Position numbers and translations under genes: made by a program. 64,000 nt of DNA, from assembly GCA_964590105.1 (NCBI GenBank), contig CAZPYM010000001.1, forward strand, positions 160,395 through 224,394. Direction: 5' to 3'. Numbering within the stretch: the stretch's first letter is position 1; each line of letters begins with the position of its first letter. Under the pieces are notes generated by a model. It saw nothing but the letters and a program-made list of their open reading frames with translations, was not told the DNA's origin and made no database searches. Below, piece after piece: positions 38,853-49,415 of the stretch. The stretch is from an uncultured Gammaproteobacteria bacterium. GTDB taxonomy: Bacteria > Patescibacteriota > Patescibacteriia > UBA11705 > JABHMO01.

Positions 38853-39743
38853 ATGTACTCGCAAATTGACACGAACAAAAGAAATTCAGTATTCTTGGTT
38901 GTAATATTTTTTGGCGTCCTGCTTGGAGTTGGCTATGCTTTTGATTATTTTTACGGCTTTGAGGGCGTGCCTTATGTTGGCCTGACAATTGCGCTCGCAG
39001 TTTCATTATTAATGACTGCTGTTTCATATTTCAAAGGCGACAAAATCGCTCTGGCCGCTACCGGCGCCAAGCCGATTAGTAAGGAGCAAAATCCTTACGT
39101 CTACAATCTGGTTGAAAACCTCTGCATTACAGCCGGCTCGCCAATGCCTGCGATCTACATTATCGAAGACGCGGCAATCAATGCTTTTGCTACCGGCAGA
39201 AAACCGGAGCTTTCTTCAATCGCAATCACAACCGGCGCGATTTCCAAACTTGAAAATGAAGAACTCGAAGGAGTGCTGGCGCATGAACTTTCACATATTA
39301 AAAATTTTGATATTCGTTTTATGATGCTGGTCGCAGTGCTGGTCGGGACAATCGCGATCTTGGCTGATATTTTTTTACGGTTGAGTTTTTTTGGCGGACG
39401 CGGCCGATCGCGGGAAAACAAAGGCGGCGGTCCAATAATTTTTATAATTGGGCTCATCTTTATAATTATCTCTCCGATAATTGCTCAGCTGATCAAATTT
39501 GCCATTTCCAGAAGAAGAGAATATCTGGCTGATGCTTCGGGCGCGCTCCTGACCCGCTATCCAGCCGGATTGGCCAATGCCCTTGAGAAAATTCGACAGG
39601 AAAACATTCCTATGCAACGCGCTTCAAAAGCAACCGCGCATTTATTTATTTCCAATCCGTTCCAAGGACAAAAAATTAAAAATGTTTTTTCCACTCATCC
39701 GCCGATTGAGGACAGAATTAGAAAGCTAAGGGAAATGGCCTAG
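38853..39743 (+). CDS. htpX: Zinc metalloprotease HtpX (M48)
   Basis: NAFATG, LAHELSHI, SRRREYLAD and FSTHPP motifs. Confidence 0.95.
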   Translation: MYSQIDTNKRNSVFLVVIFFGVLLGVGYAFDYFYGFEGVPYVGLTIALAVSLLMTAVSYFKGDKIALAATGAKPISKEQNPYVYNLVENLCITAGSPMPAIYIIEDAAINAFATGRKPELSSIAITTGAISKLENEELEGVLAHELSHIKNFDIRFMMLVAVLVGTIAILADIFLRLSFFGGRGRSRENKGGGPIIFIIGLIFIIISPIIAQLIKFAISRRREYLADASGALLTRYPAGLANALEKIRQENIPMQRASKATAHLFISNPFQGQKIKNVFSTHPPIEDRIRKLREMA

Positions 39744-39793
39744 TTGAATAATAAATTACAATAATAAATAACAAATTACAGAAAGTGGCAATT

Positions 39794-40579
39794 ATGACAG
39801 AAAAGATAATAAACAGTAAGGACAATGAAAAAATAAAATTGCTAAGAAAATTGCAGCAAAAAAAATATCGCCGGCAATATGGTTTGTTTCTGGTTGAAAA
39901 TTTAAAGACAATTATGGACGCGCTAGCCGGAAAATATGCTTTTGAAATGCTTTATGTGACTCAAGAATTTATTAACGCCCACGAAAAAGAATTCAGCGCT
40001 GTAATTGAAAAACAAAAGGCCAGTGAATATTTTGTTCTGCCGGCTAATCTTTTTAATGAACTTTCTGAATTGGATACACCGGCCGGTATTTGCGCGGTTT
40101 ATAAAATCCCGAAGCAGCAACTTGATTTCACTGAAAATATTATTTATTTGAATGCTGTTGCTGATCCGGGAAACCTGGGAGCGATTTTGCGATCAGCTGT
40201 TGCCTTTGACTTCAAAAATATTATCGTTGACGAAAAATGCGTTGATATTTATAACGCCAAAACTATTCAGGCGGCCAAGAATTCAATTTTTGAATTGAAT
40301 ATTGTTGAAGATAGCGGCAGAAAGTTATTAGCTGAAGCGAAAAGCAAAGGTTTAAAAATAATTGCAACTTCAATGACTTCGCGAGCAAAAGAATTGTTTG
40401 GCTGGCGGGCAAAGGGAAAGCTTTGTTTGGTTTTTGGTAGCGAAGCGCGCGGTATTGATAGCGAATTAATTCAGATCTCAGATAAAATTATAAAAATAAA
40501 GATTAGCCGGAAAATTGAATCGCTCGGTGTAAGTAGCGCAGTAGCCATTGTTTTGTATCATATTTATCAACAGGCGTAA
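39794..40579 (+). CDS. TrmH/SpoU family RNA methyltransferase
   Basis: DPGNLGAILRS, FGSEARGI and ESLGVS motifs. Confidence 0.92.
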   Translation: MTEKIINSKDNEKIKLLRKLQQKKYRRQYGLFLVENLKTIMDALAGKYAFEMLYVTQEFINAHEKEFSAVIEKQKASEYFVLPANLFNELSELDTPAGICAVYKIPKQQLDFTENIIYLNAVADPGNLGAILRSAVAFDFKNIIVDEKCVDIYNAKTIQAAKNSIFELNIVEDSGRKLLAEAKSKGLKIIATSMTSRAKELFGWRAKGKLCLVFGSEARGIDSELIQISDKIIKIKISRKIESLGVSSAVAIVLYHIYQQA

Positions 40580-40629
40580 TTTGCCTTTTTATTTTAAAAT
40601 CATTAAAATTAATTAAGAACAATATAATA

Positions 40630-40728
40630 GTTATCAAGAGAGCAGCGAGGGATCTAGCCCCGTGACCTGCCGACAACCCTTGGATTATCCAAGAAGGTGT
40701 CAATTCTAGCCCATTTGGGGGAGATAAG
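40630..40728 (+). ncRNA. SAM-I (S-box) riboswitch
   Basis: TTATCAAGAG...GAGGGATCTAGCCC.GTGACC...ACAACC...GGTGTCAATTC...AGATAA; downstream terminator at 40746-40777; precedes metK. Confidence 0.93.
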
Positions 40729-40798
40729 CATTGTTTTACTATGCAAAAACTCTTCTTATTTGGGAAGAGATTTTTTATTAATAATTTATACTAAGTCT

Positions 40799-41755
40799 AT
40801 GCTTAAAACAGCAGAATCAGTGTCCCCGATGCATCCGGACAAAATTTGTGACAGGATTTCTGACGCCATCCTGGATGTTTGTCTGACCCATGATCCGTAT
40901 TCGCGGGTGGCAGTGGAAACAATGGGAGGACATGGTGTTATTACCATTACGGGCGAGATTACTTCAACCGCAATATTTGATGCGGAAAAAATCGCCAAGC
41001 GCGTGGCCGGCGATCAGTATCAGGTCAGTGTTAATATTGTCCAGCAATCGCCGGACATTGCCCGCGGTGTTGATCCGGGCGGAGCCGGCGATCAGGGCAT
41101 TATGGTTGGCTATGCATCAGCTGAAACGCCGGAATACATTCCTCTTGAAGTGAAACTTTCGCGCGATTTGTGCAAAGTTTTGTTTGTCAAGTATAAAACT
41201 GACGGAAAAACGCAAATTACTCTTGAAGATGCTAAAATCAAAACTGTGGTTGCTAGTTTTCAGCATGCCAAAGCCGATGATCTGAGGCAATTAATTGCAA
41301 CTTGGCTGGAAGGCAAATTAACGACAGATGATTTGCAAGTTTTTGCTAATCCGGCGGGCGATTGGTCGCAGGGCGGATTTGAAGCAGATACCGGCGTTAC
41401 CGGTAGAAAATTGATTGTGGATAACTACGGCCCTCGCGTGCCGATCGGAGGCGGCGCATTTTCCGGCAAAGATTCAACTAAGGTCGACCGTTCAGCCGCC
41501 TATATGGCAAGAAAAGTGGCAGTTGATTATTTGAAAAAAAATAATGCCAGAGAAGTGGTGTGTCATTTGGCTTATTCGATCGGCGTGGCCGAACCGGTCA
41601 TGGCGGTCGTTGATATTGACGGGCGCAAAGAAAAAGTTGAAGGCTATGATTTATCGCCAAAAGGTATTATTGAATTTCTTGAATTGCGCAAGCCGCAGTT
41701 TGAACATACTGCTGAGTTCGGACACTTTGGCAATGGATTCAAGTGGGACAATTAA
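40799..41755 (+). CDS. metK: S-adenosylmethionine synthetase
   Basis: ESVSPMHPDKICD, GAGDQG and GGGAFSGKD.TKVDRS motifs; true start at ATG 40799. Confidence 0.97.
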   Translation: MLKTAESVSPMHPDKICDRISDAILDVCLTHDPYSRVAVETMGGHGVITITGEITSTAIFDAEKIAKRVAGDQYQVSVNIVQQSPDIARGVDPGGAGDQGIMVGYASAETPEYIPLEVKLSRDLCKVLFVKYKTDGKTQITLEDAKIKTVVASFQHAKADDLRQLIATWLEGKLTTDDLQVFANPAGDWSQGGFEADTGVTGRKLIVDNYGPRVPIGGGAFSGKDSTKVDRSAAYMARKVAVDYLKKNNAREVVCHLAYSIGVAEPVMAVVDIDGRKEKVEGYDLSPKGIIEFLELRKPQFEHTAEFGHFGNGFKWDN

Positions 41756-41831
41756 ATAATAAGCCGCGGTTTTTTTTATAAATAAAGTATGTTATAATAA
41801 ATCTAGGAAATTAAATAATTATAATAACATT

Positions 41832-42026
41832 ATGAAAAAAAGAAGTTCAAATCAGTCAAACGGGAAGCAATGTAAAACAAACGTCATTAAAGGGAGCGAT
41901 TTTTGGTTAAATATTCAAGCCGGAATTATCATTGTCGCAATTATCAGTTTAACTGCAGTTTTGGGGTATATTGTGGGTTTAACCGTGGTGGATGTATTTC
42001 CTTCATTGGCTTCGTCTGGTATTTAA
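41832..42026 (+). CDS. Small single-pass membrane protein
   Basis: Basic N-terminus plus one TM; TATAAT upstream. Confidence 0.5.
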   Translation: MKKRSSNQSNGKQCKTNVIKGSDFWLNIQAGIIIVAIISLTAVLGYIVGLTVVDVFPSLASSGI

Positions 42027-42324
42027 GATGAAATAAAATAATATTCTGCAAAACATTGCCGATAATATGCCAAATGTCGGCAATTTTTTTTACTGAAGTT
42101 TTTGATGTTGTTTTGCTAAGTGGCGAGCGCGCCAGACAAAGCAGACGATTATTCAAGATCCAATTAGACAGACGGATATTTGACTTCAAATACGGGTCGG
42201 CCAAACGGGATGTTGTTTGTGTTTTTGTTGTTTGCGGATGTAATCTTTGTTACTCAAAAGAGCAAGCGTACAGTCTAAAAAAAATACGGGTCCTGCCATC
42301 GAGCAGGCCCGTTTTTTTAAAAAA

Positions 42325-44427
42325 TTATTTCGCAAAGTAAAATATGTGATTCGCGCCATTATCAGTTATATACCAGTCGTCGGCGATTTGTTTTGTTTCG
42401 GCAATAATATTTTTCGAGTTGCTCCAATAATCAGCAACTACGAAATATAAATCATTCACCCCGGTCAATTCCATGGCTTGCTCTACAAATTCGCGTCGTG
42501 GTTCCACAAAAACCATTTTTTCATAAAACTGGTAAAGGTTATTTTTAGTGCCATTGGGAAGCGAGTAATAAAAATTACTATTATAATAATGTTTAAACCC
42601 GGCCTCGCGTATCGCGGCCGCGCCGAGCATTTGATTTGCCAGCACAACATAGTTTTGCGCGGCTGCGCCGGCAATCAGCTGAACCGTTTCAATATCGGCG
42701 CTAGTCACATTATATTCCTGCGAGTCTTTGTAATTGTCTTTTATTGGATACGAAAAATACAAACTCATGACTAGGCCGATCGTTAAAATAAAAATGCAGA
42801 ATAGTTTGAACGTCCAGAGTCCTCGTTGACGAAACCCATATTCAAAGAGCTTGTAAAATAAATAAACCACAATCGGTAAAAGAAAATATAGCGCTAGCTC
42901 CAGAATTCGATTTAAATATTGATCGCGATTTTGATTAGTGGCAAATTCAAAGTTTAGAATCGTTTTCGTAAAGACAAAGTTAACAAGCAGAATTGCGCCG
43001 ATAATGACATGTGGCAAAAAGGCCTTTTCTTGCTTTTGATAGAAAACTAACCAAATGCTAAACAGCGCGATGATTAAAAAAATTAATTTATAATTAAATC
43101 CATAAACATAAAACAAGTCTTGAATAAAATTAAATTGTTTATCAAAAATGAAAAAATTAAAATTAAATATCGTTGACGGGCTGGGAATTAAAAGGCTGAC
43201 CTTGAGTCCGTTAATAACCGAGTTCAGCACAAAAAGAGCGGGAAAAACAATGAGACCGGCAATGACCAGCAAAGCTTGAACTCCGCGTTGAATAAGTTTT
43301 TTATTAAATAAATCCCGGCTGATTATAAACAAAACAAAAAGTAGGATTGGAATTCCGAAAAGCGGATGAATGGCGCAGGTGATGACGGACAAAAACAGTA
43401 GAAAAGATCTGGGCATTTCGGAGCGGGGAATAAAACTTAGGAAAATAATAACCAAGCACAAAAGATTGGTCAGCCCCTGTGGCGTAGTATTGATGAAATA
43501 AGTGGCCGGCAGGACAAGCGCGGACAAGCAAGCGGCAAAGGAATATTTTTTTTCAAGTTTTAATCCTTGAGTCAGGCCGGCGTAAACAGAAATCGGAAAA
43601 AATATTGAAAAGCTGATCGGCAGGAGTGCTTTGTTTATCAACTCAACGGAAACTTGCAATAAATTGTGCAAGAAAATAATAATTGAATATTCGCCGATAT
43701 AATAAAACGTTTTTGGCAAAATTATTCCATTGGCCACAATCTCTTTAATGGCGGCCAAATGCAAAAAAGGATCATAACCATAGCCGATTTTGTAAATTAT
43801 TAAAGCAACAGAAGAAATGAGCAGTGTGTGAAGGCAAAGCAGGAAAAGCGAGAAATTCGACCATTTGTTTTTTAGTAAAATAATAATCAGAAGTGCGGTC
43901 CCAACAGTAAAGTAAATAAAAAAATTGTTCGGCACAATATTCCATGGTGAAGAAATTGCATCAGCTGTGCGCGCCAGAAAAAGCTGGCGGAAGTTCAAAG
44001 CAAGCAAAATTAAATAGGCAAGAATAAAAAGTTTCGGCTTCAAGTCAAATATAAATGTTTTAATTGCCACAAGCGTGTTGGCCAGAGAAAGGGAAGAAGG
44101 GGATTTGTGGCCATATAATTCAATTGCTAAAGAGACGGCCAGAAGGCTAATCAAAAAAATGACTGTATTGATCAGATACACATAAAAGCAAATCCATAGT
44201 ATAATAGAATTAATTCCGACAAAAACGAGAAGGCCAAAAGGCACCTGAAACCAGCGTTCCATTTTGGGAAATAAAACTACGCCAAGTCTCTGGCCGTAAA
44301 AACACAAAATAATCGCGCTGATAATTATTCCTAGTAGCGCGTTGTGAATAAAGCTCAAATTTGCTAAAATGATTCCGGCAAATACGAGCGTGCGGATGAT
44401 TTTGACTGCTTTGGTTTGAATGCTCAT
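42325..44427 (-). CDS. Polytopic membrane protein (possible GT-C-like glycosyltransferase)
   Basis: More than 12 TM segments, a GYDPFLH loop and a soluble C-terminal domain. Confidence 0.65.
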   Translation of the reverse strand: MSIQTKAVKIIRTLVFAGIILANLSFIHNALLGIIISAIILCFYGQRLGVVLFPKMERWFQVPFGLLVFVGINSIILWICFYVYLINTVIFLISLLAVSLAIELYGHKSPSSLSLANTLVAIKTFIFDLKPKLFILAYLILLALNFRQLFLARTADAISSPWNIVPNNFFIYFTVGTALLIIILLKNKWSNFSLFLLCLHTLLISSVALIIYKIGYGYDPFLHLAAIKEIVANGIILPKTFYYIGEYSIIIFLHNLLQVSVELINKALLPISFSIFFPISVYAGLTQGLKLEKKYSFAACLSALVLPATYFINTTPQGLTNLLCLVIIFLSFIPRSEMPRSFLLFLSVITCAIHPLFGIPILLFVLFIISRDLFNKKLIQRGVQALLVIAGLIVFPALFVLNSVINGLKVSLLIPSPSTIFNFNFFIFDKQFNFIQDLFYVYGFNYKLIFLIIALFSIWLVFYQKQEKAFLPHVIIGAILLVNFVFTKTILNFEFATNQNRDQYLNRILELALYFLLPIVVYLFYKLFEYGFRQRGLWTFKLFCIFILTIGLVMSLYFSYPIKDNYKDSQEYNVTSADIETVQLIAGAAAQNYVVLANQMLGAAAIREAGFKHYYNSNFYYSLPNGTKNNLYQFYEKMVFVEPRREFVEQAMELTGVNDLYFVVADYWSNSKNIIAETKQIADDWYITDNGANHIFYFAK

Positions 44428-44455
44428 GTTTAAATTCTAGCACTAATTTACAAAA

Positions 44456-44971
44456 ATGAAAATCAGCGAAAAAAATTTTTTATTTACAGTTAAAATATTG
44501 ATTTGGCTTATTTTTGCAATCATAATTGTTTTTTTGGTCTGGCAAAAGGCGGCTCCCGCAGGACAGGTAACATATTTTTGGGATTTTTCAGAAAAGCCGC
44601 GTTTTATAAGCGATTTTTATCCGGTCGGCAGAGTTGCCTTGACGGACGGAATGCAGATTATAAATTCAGAGCCGGTGTATATTGATGTTTATTCGCCGCG
44701 CAGGTTTTCCAAAGCAAAAGTTAAAATAGTTTACCGCAGTCCCGCGCTGGAAACCAAGTTTGGAATAAAACTGAATGTCAATGACTGGGGTTTTTATTTT
44801 GAAAAACTACCGGCCACGGGTGAGCAATTTCAGGAGGCTGATTTGGAATTTAGCTTAGCCAAAGCGCAGCTCATCGGGAACAAGATCAAGTTTTCTTTAG
44901 CCGGCCCGGAAATAGATTCCAGCGTAGAAAAAATTATTTTGGATTCAATCGAAATAAATTTAATCAAATAA
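44456..44971 (+). CDS. Membrane-anchored hypothetical protein
   Basis: N-terminal TM followed by a beta-rich domain. Confidence 0.7.
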   Translation: MKISEKNFLFTVKILIWLIFAIIIVFLVWQKAAPAGQVTYFWDFSEKPRFISDFYPVGRVALTDGMQIINSEPVYIDVYSPRRFSKAKVKIVYRSPALETKFGIKLNVNDWGFYFEKLPATGEQFQEADLEFSLAKAQLIGNKIKFSLAGPEIDSSVEKIILDSIEINLIK

Positions 44972-44972
44972 A

Positions 44973-45149
44973 ATGAAAAATATTTTACAATCTTTATTTT
45001 CCAGTTTGTTTATCTTTTGGATCATTCTCGGCGTGCTCGAGCTGGTCATGCCCGGGTTTGCTATTTATTATATAAATTTGAATTGGCTGTTGCTAACTGT
45101 GATTGTAATGGGTTTTGTAAACTTACTAATTTTAGCTGACAAAAAATAG
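44973..45149 (+). CDS. Small membrane protein, 58 aa
   Basis: Manual translation MKNILQSLFSSLFIFWIILGVLELVMPGF...ADKK*; starts 1 bp after the previous stop. Confidence 0.65.
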   Translation: MKNILQSLFSSLFIFWIILGVLELVMPGFAIYYINLNWLLLTVIVMGFVNLLILADKK

Positions 45150-45209
45150 TACTTATGTTACAATATATAAAATAACTAATTTTATTAGAAATTATTTTCT
45201 TTGAATTAT

Positions 45210-47093
45210 ATGGCACATAGAATTACGATGAATACGCAGTCATTGCAGAAAAATTTTCCTGAAGTATACCAGGATTTTTTCGCTAAATGCAATTTTGTAA
45301 CTTCGGCGCCAATTCAGTTTGACTGGTGCGGATCACATGCCTGGAGAATTGGCGGAATTTCAATATATCAGAAGTTGCCAATTAGGACTTATGTTGGCAT
45401 CGAAAAAATAGAAAAGGAAAACACGATTGAAATCGGCGATATGCTGGTTTTTAATCCGTTAGAGCAAACTTTTATTGATTCAACGGAAAGATTTTCCGGC
45501 TGGGATCGCCTACCCGAGATATTGCAACAAATAATCAAAGAGGATTTTCAAGGTCAGGGAGATTTTCCCGGATTTCGATTGCATTTTTTAGACGAGATGT
45601 CAGAATCTCATGGATATTCTGTCGCTGCGGAAACGGCTAATCTAAGTCTTTTGCTCCATCTGTATTTCGGGAAAGTATCTCCGGCCGAAGCGAGTTCAAT
45701 GGTTTTGATTCCGGGTGAAAAGTTTTTTACTAAAGATAGTTTGTTGTCTGAAAAAATGGACGGCATTATAAATATCGGCTGGAAAATGATTGTTTGTTGC
45801 GGTTGGAAAAGCTCTGCGGGGAATACGGTAAAATGTGCTTTTGTTAAATCAAATTATCCTGTGATTTCTTTTACGGAAAAGCGACAAGGAGATATTGAAA
45901 ATTTTGATGGCGCTGGCGCCCCGCTAAATTTGGAAAAAGATCCAGATTATGTATTTAAAATGAAAAGCTGGATTTTTCGTATGGAAAAATTGTTTAATCT
46001 GAATCCGACTGCGTGCTTTCCCCTCGATTTAGCGTTTATATATCCTGGATTTGGAAGATTGTTTGCTGACAGCACTGATTACACGGTCAATTATGTTATC
46101 CCGGCTATTAATGATCTTGCTGATTTTGCAAAAAAAACATTTGGAGAATACCTTGGAAAAGAAAAGACCGATCACGTTCCGGATTTTTTTAGTGAATGTA
46201 ACAAGGGAAAGGATCAATTTTGGCAGCGTTACTTGCAACTCAATTCAATAATCTCTCTCAAATTATTAAAGTCTATTCAGCTACTTTATAAGCAGCGAGC
46301 ATCACAGGAATCTCTCGCGGAGCTGTTTAAAGCAATAAAAGATATTGCTCGTTCCCGCGGTTTGTTTAGCGAGGAACATTCATTAAATCTTCAACATATT
46401 AGACATAAAATAGTGAAAGTCGCAGCAAAAACTGCCGGCGGTACTGATGTGGCAACCAGGTTTTTTAATTATGGGCAATTGGACGGCGGCATAATGGTGG
46501 TGGCGCCATATCAAAAATTTCGACGCGCCTTGCTGGAGGTTATTGAAGATTTGCAAAAAAATTATAATAAGGATATTTGTTTGGATTATGCTTCATGGAT
46601 TGACGGAACGGATTGTGACGCTATCGTCGTGGAACAATGTCTCGAGTCGGGGTTATATTCAAAATATATCCAGCCGAACTCAATTAAATTATTTGATTGG
46701 GAGGCTGGAAGCAGTCATCAGCGAGTGGTTAAGAAAAATGAAGATATTATCAAACAAGATTTTGATTTATTTTTGGATTTAATTGAAAATAAGATTTATA
46801 TCCGCGGAGAAAGCATTTCTTCAAAACAATTGCCCTCGCAAAAAGCAACGGCGGAACTTTTGGAATTTTTGTTAAATCATCCGGGTGAACTTCTGACAAA
46901 CAAACAACTTCCTGAAACCGGTTATTCCAAATACCGAAATGAATTGCAGGGAAAAATAATTACGCCATTGTCAAAACTTTTGAAAGAAAAAACCAAAAAA
47001 GATTTGGGACTAAAAATAACCGGCAAACTGATGAACTTTTTTGTGGAGTTTAATCCACGGAATTTAAAAATCGGAGTTATTGACCGAATATAA
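45210..47093 (+). CDS. Degenerate GHMP-kinase-like protein with possible C-terminal winged helix
   Basis: VTSAPIQFDWCGSH resembles the GHMP SAPG...GEH motif and GQLDGGIMVV resembles motif III; the C-terminus (IYIRGE...AELLEFLLNHPGELL) is wHTH-like. Confidence 0.55.
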   Translation: MAHRITMNTQSLQKNFPEVYQDFFAKCNFVTSAPIQFDWCGSHAWRIGGISIYQKLPIRTYVGIEKIEKENTIEIGDMLVFNPLEQTFIDSTERFSGWDRLPEILQQIIKEDFQGQGDFPGFRLHFLDEMSESHGYSVAAETANLSLLLHLYFGKVSPAEASSMVLIPGEKFFTKDSLLSEKMDGIINIGWKMIVCCGWKSSAGNTVKCAFVKSNYPVISFTEKRQGDIENFDGAGAPLNLEKDPDYVFKMKSWIFRMEKLFNLNPTACFPLDLAFIYPGFGRLFADSTDYTVNYVIPAINDLADFAKKTFGEYLGKEKTDHVPDFFSECNKGKDQFWQRYLQLNSIISLKLLKSIQLLYKQRASQESLAELFKAIKDIARSRGLFSEEHSLNLQHIRHKIVKVAAKTAGGTDVATRFFNYGQLDGGIMVVAPYQKFRRALLEVIEDLQKNYNKDICLDYASWIDGTDCDAIVVEQCLESGLYSKYIQPNSIKLFDWEAGSSHQRVVKKNEDIIKQDFDLFLDLIENKIYIRGESISSKQLPSQKATAELLEFLLNHPGELLTNKQLPETGYSKYRNELQGKIITPLSKLLKEKTKKDLGLKITGKLMNFFVEFNPRNLKIGVIDRI

Positions 47094-47115
47094 AGTTAGA
47101 TAAAAAAGATTGCCT

Positions 47116-48174
47116 TTAATCGGACAATCTTTTTGTTTTAGGAAAATAGCCAAGAAGTTTTTTGTAAATCCATGAGCAGAACCAGGAAACGGCAATGCTC
47201 AAAATCGTCGAAATAATAAATACCAGAATAAATTTAGCATAAAAATTGATTGGCGCGGTTTTTAGCTTGTAAAAAAATGCCTGGACGATTGGGAAATGAA
47301 TCAGGAATATCCACAAGCTGATTTTACCCAACCGGCAAATAAAATTGAATATAAAAGTTTGTTTTGTAAATAAGTTTTTAAAATAAAACAAAATAATAAG
47401 AATAACCGGCCCGAAAAATAGTCTATGGTTAAAGTAACCGGACGGTTGGATAAAGAAAATTAATAAATATAGGAAAATACCTGCGAGCCACCAGACCAGC
47501 TTGATTTTCTGACGGTCAAAACGAATGAAAAAATTCTGGTGTTTGGTCCCGTAAACAAAGAAAAATAAAAATGGAAAAAACAGAGGAATGTCATAGACGT
47601 AACACAAGCCTGGAATGTAGTGACTAATTAGAGAAACAGCAAAACTAATGAAAAGCAGTGAGCGATTATTTTTGACGGCAAGAAGTAATGGGTAAATCAG
47701 ATAGAATTGGATCAGAACAATAATAAAATAATAGGGAACAAGCGTATTGCCGGAAATTATCAGGTAGAGAAAGTCAGCCGGCGCTTTGCCACTCGCCGAC
47801 AATATCATCAAACTGACAAATAAGTACGGAATTAAAATCCTGACAATTTTGCGCCAATAAAACGTTTTCCAATTCGGAATGTTTTGTTGTAAAAGAATCC
47901 CTGAACAAATGAAAAAAACCGGGACTGCAAACCGGCTGACATTATTGATGAAAAATGAAAATGTTGAATGTTCGGGAAAATAATAAACAAAAAAATATTC
48001 AACGTGGATCAGGATGACCGCCAGGATGGCCAGGCCTTTTATAAAATCAAAATAATTTTGCCGTTCTCCCGGGCGTTCCACCGGCTTCTGTTCTGGCGAA
48101 CTAAAAAAGTGGCGCCGTAAATAGGGGACAAGCAGGATGAAAAGGCTTAAAATTGGCAGGGATAAGTTTTCCAT
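47116..48174 (-). CDS. Acyltransferase family 3 (membrane O-acyltransferase)
   Basis: DFIKGLAILAVILIH, RFAVPVFF and RILIPY motifs. Confidence 0.92.
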   Translation of the reverse strand: MENLSLPILSLFILLVPYLRRHFFSSPEQKPVERPGERQNYFDFIKGLAILAVILIHVEYFFVYYFPEHSTFSFFINNVSRFAVPVFFICSGILLQQNIPNWKTFYWRKIVRILIPYLFVSLMILSASGKAPADFLYLIISGNTLVPYYFIIVLIQFYLIYPLLLAVKNNRSLLFISFAVSLISHYIPGLCYVYDIPLFFPFLFFFVYGTKHQNFFIRFDRQKIKLVWWLAGIFLYLLIFFIQPSGYFNHRLFFGPVILIILFYFKNLFTKQTFIFNFICRLGKISLWIFLIHFPIVQAFFYKLKTAPINFYAKFILVFIISTILSIAVSWFCSWIYKKLLGYFPKTKRLSD

Positions 48175-48358
48175 ACCTATATTTTACTTGATTTTGATTA
48201 AATTTGAAATAAAGAGGATGCAAAGATGCTTAATTTAGCGTTTTTTTGTTTTCATAAGAATTTCAGTATATTTCATTTGCCAAAAAAATTATAATTAAGT
48301 CAGAAAGAATAAACAGGGGCTTGAAAAGCCAGATGATTTCCGTAAATAATGTATAGAT

Positions 48359-48508
48359 ATGGTAGTCAGAAAAAACAAAAACAAACCTCAAAGGCGGGTA
48401 TTAAGAATTTTTGCCTATAGCAAGGATGGGGAAGTGGCGGAGGTGGTGGAGCATGTATATGAGGGCGATGATTTGGTGCAAAAGAGGATTATAGACAAAG
48501 AGCAGTAA
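48359..48508 (+). CDS. Hypothetical 49-aa protein
   Basis: Manual translation MVVRKNKNKPQRRVLRIFAYSKDGEVAEVVEHVYEGDDLVQKRIIDKEQ. Confidence 0.45.
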   Translation: MVVRKNKNKPQRRVLRIFAYSKDGEVAEVVEHVYEGDDLVQKRIIDKEQ

Positions 48509-48599
48509 ATTTTTTATAAAAATTTCAGTATCTTTCATAAATCTTGACGACTAAAATGCAAGTGACAATAGTTAATATCGTTAACCTGGAGGTGGTAGC

Positions 48600-48806
48600 A
48601 TGGCGAATTTCACGGTAGTAAAAAAGAATGGTAGCAAAGAGAAGGTCGAGGCTGACATGGTGCAATGGACTGGTGGTGGTGCTGGTTTCAGAAATTATGG
48701 GGATATCCATAGGCATTACCGAAAGGAAGTTTATGGACGTGACCTCGACCACGTGGAAGATAATAATGGCAATCGTATCGCGTGCGGTCCAGCTCGTGGA
48801 GAATAA
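48600..48806 (+). CDS. Orphan micro-protein 1
   Basis: GGAGGT RBS; 68 aa. Confidence 0.7.
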   Translation: MANFTVVKKNGSKEKVEADMVQWTGGGAGFRNYGDIHRHYRKEVYGRDLDHVEDNNGNRIACGPARGE

Positions 48807-48813
48807 TGAAATT

Positions 48814-48894
48814 ATGTGAGGACAGACAGCCAAGTCTCTCTGTCCTCGCCTTTATGGCGAATCCAAACAATAATGTTTGGGTTTGGCTAGAGGC
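48814..48894 (+). repeat. Structured two-hairpin leader repeat, copy 1
   Basis: GAGGACAGA/TCTGTCCTC hairpin, then CTTTATGGCGAATCCAAACA/TGTTTGGGTTTGGCTAGAG hairpin. Confidence 0.75.
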
Positions 48895-48916
48895 TCATTA
48901 CATTGGAGGGATTGCT

Positions 48917-49123
48917 ATGTACAACGATTATCTGCCCCCGTTGTTGGAGAAACCCATTACCATGTTTGATCGAGAAGCTGACAGTATCCGCTTTCGGGCG
49001 GGTCAGCTGACTGCGAACGAGCTGGCTTTCGATGTGCGCCGGCGCGCTGGTGCCTTGACCATGACGGAAGAGGCTCAGCAGATCATGGCGAACGTCAATC
49101 GCATCATGCCACTCAGTTTTTGA
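48917..49123 (+). CDS. Orphan micro-protein 2 (paralog of 49839-50087)
   Basis: GGAGG RBS; the pattern MFD..A..IR...G.LTA.E.A.D..RRAG.....EEAQ.IMANVNRI.PL is shared with the paralog. Confidence 0.75.
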   Translation: MYNDYLPPLLEKPITMFDREADSIRFRAGQLTANELAFDVRRRAGALTMTEEAQQIMANVNRIMPLSF

Positions 49124-49164
49124 AAGGGCGAATAAATCTCATTGACTTTTATGGAGGTGCAAAC

Positions 49165-49404
49165 ATGAACAACAATGATTGGTTTTACAAACCCACGTAT
49201 TATGGCGCGTCGCATTCAGCGCCAACAACGGAAAAGTGGTTTGATACCCCGCCAATTGGTGGAGGAGAGCCACATTTTCCTTGTGTGAGATCGCCTGAAC
49301 TTCCGTCGCTTGCAGCTCCTGCAGTAGATTTCGGTTATATTCCGCCGGGCGTAAAGCTTCTGCCTTATGACCCGACCCCGTATTCGGACTTCATGGATTG
49401 GTAG
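49165..49404 (+). CDS. Orphan Pro/aromatic-rich micro-protein 3
   Basis: GGAGGT RBS before ATG 49165. Confidence 0.65.
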   Translation: MNNNDWFYKPTYYGASHSAPTTEKWFDTPPIGGGEPHFPCVRSPELPSLAAPAVDFGYIPPGVKLLPYDPTPYSDFMDW

Positions 49405-49415
49405 TCTTTCTAATG

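Noticed and set aside
40697-40798. N-terminal extension of MetK in the ORF track
   Set aside because: It overlaps the SAM riboswitch and terminator; homology starts at ATG 40799.
42056-42340. 94-aa plus-strand ORF between convergent genes
   Set aside because: It has a TTG start, no RBS or recognisable motif, and overlaps terminator-like hairpins.
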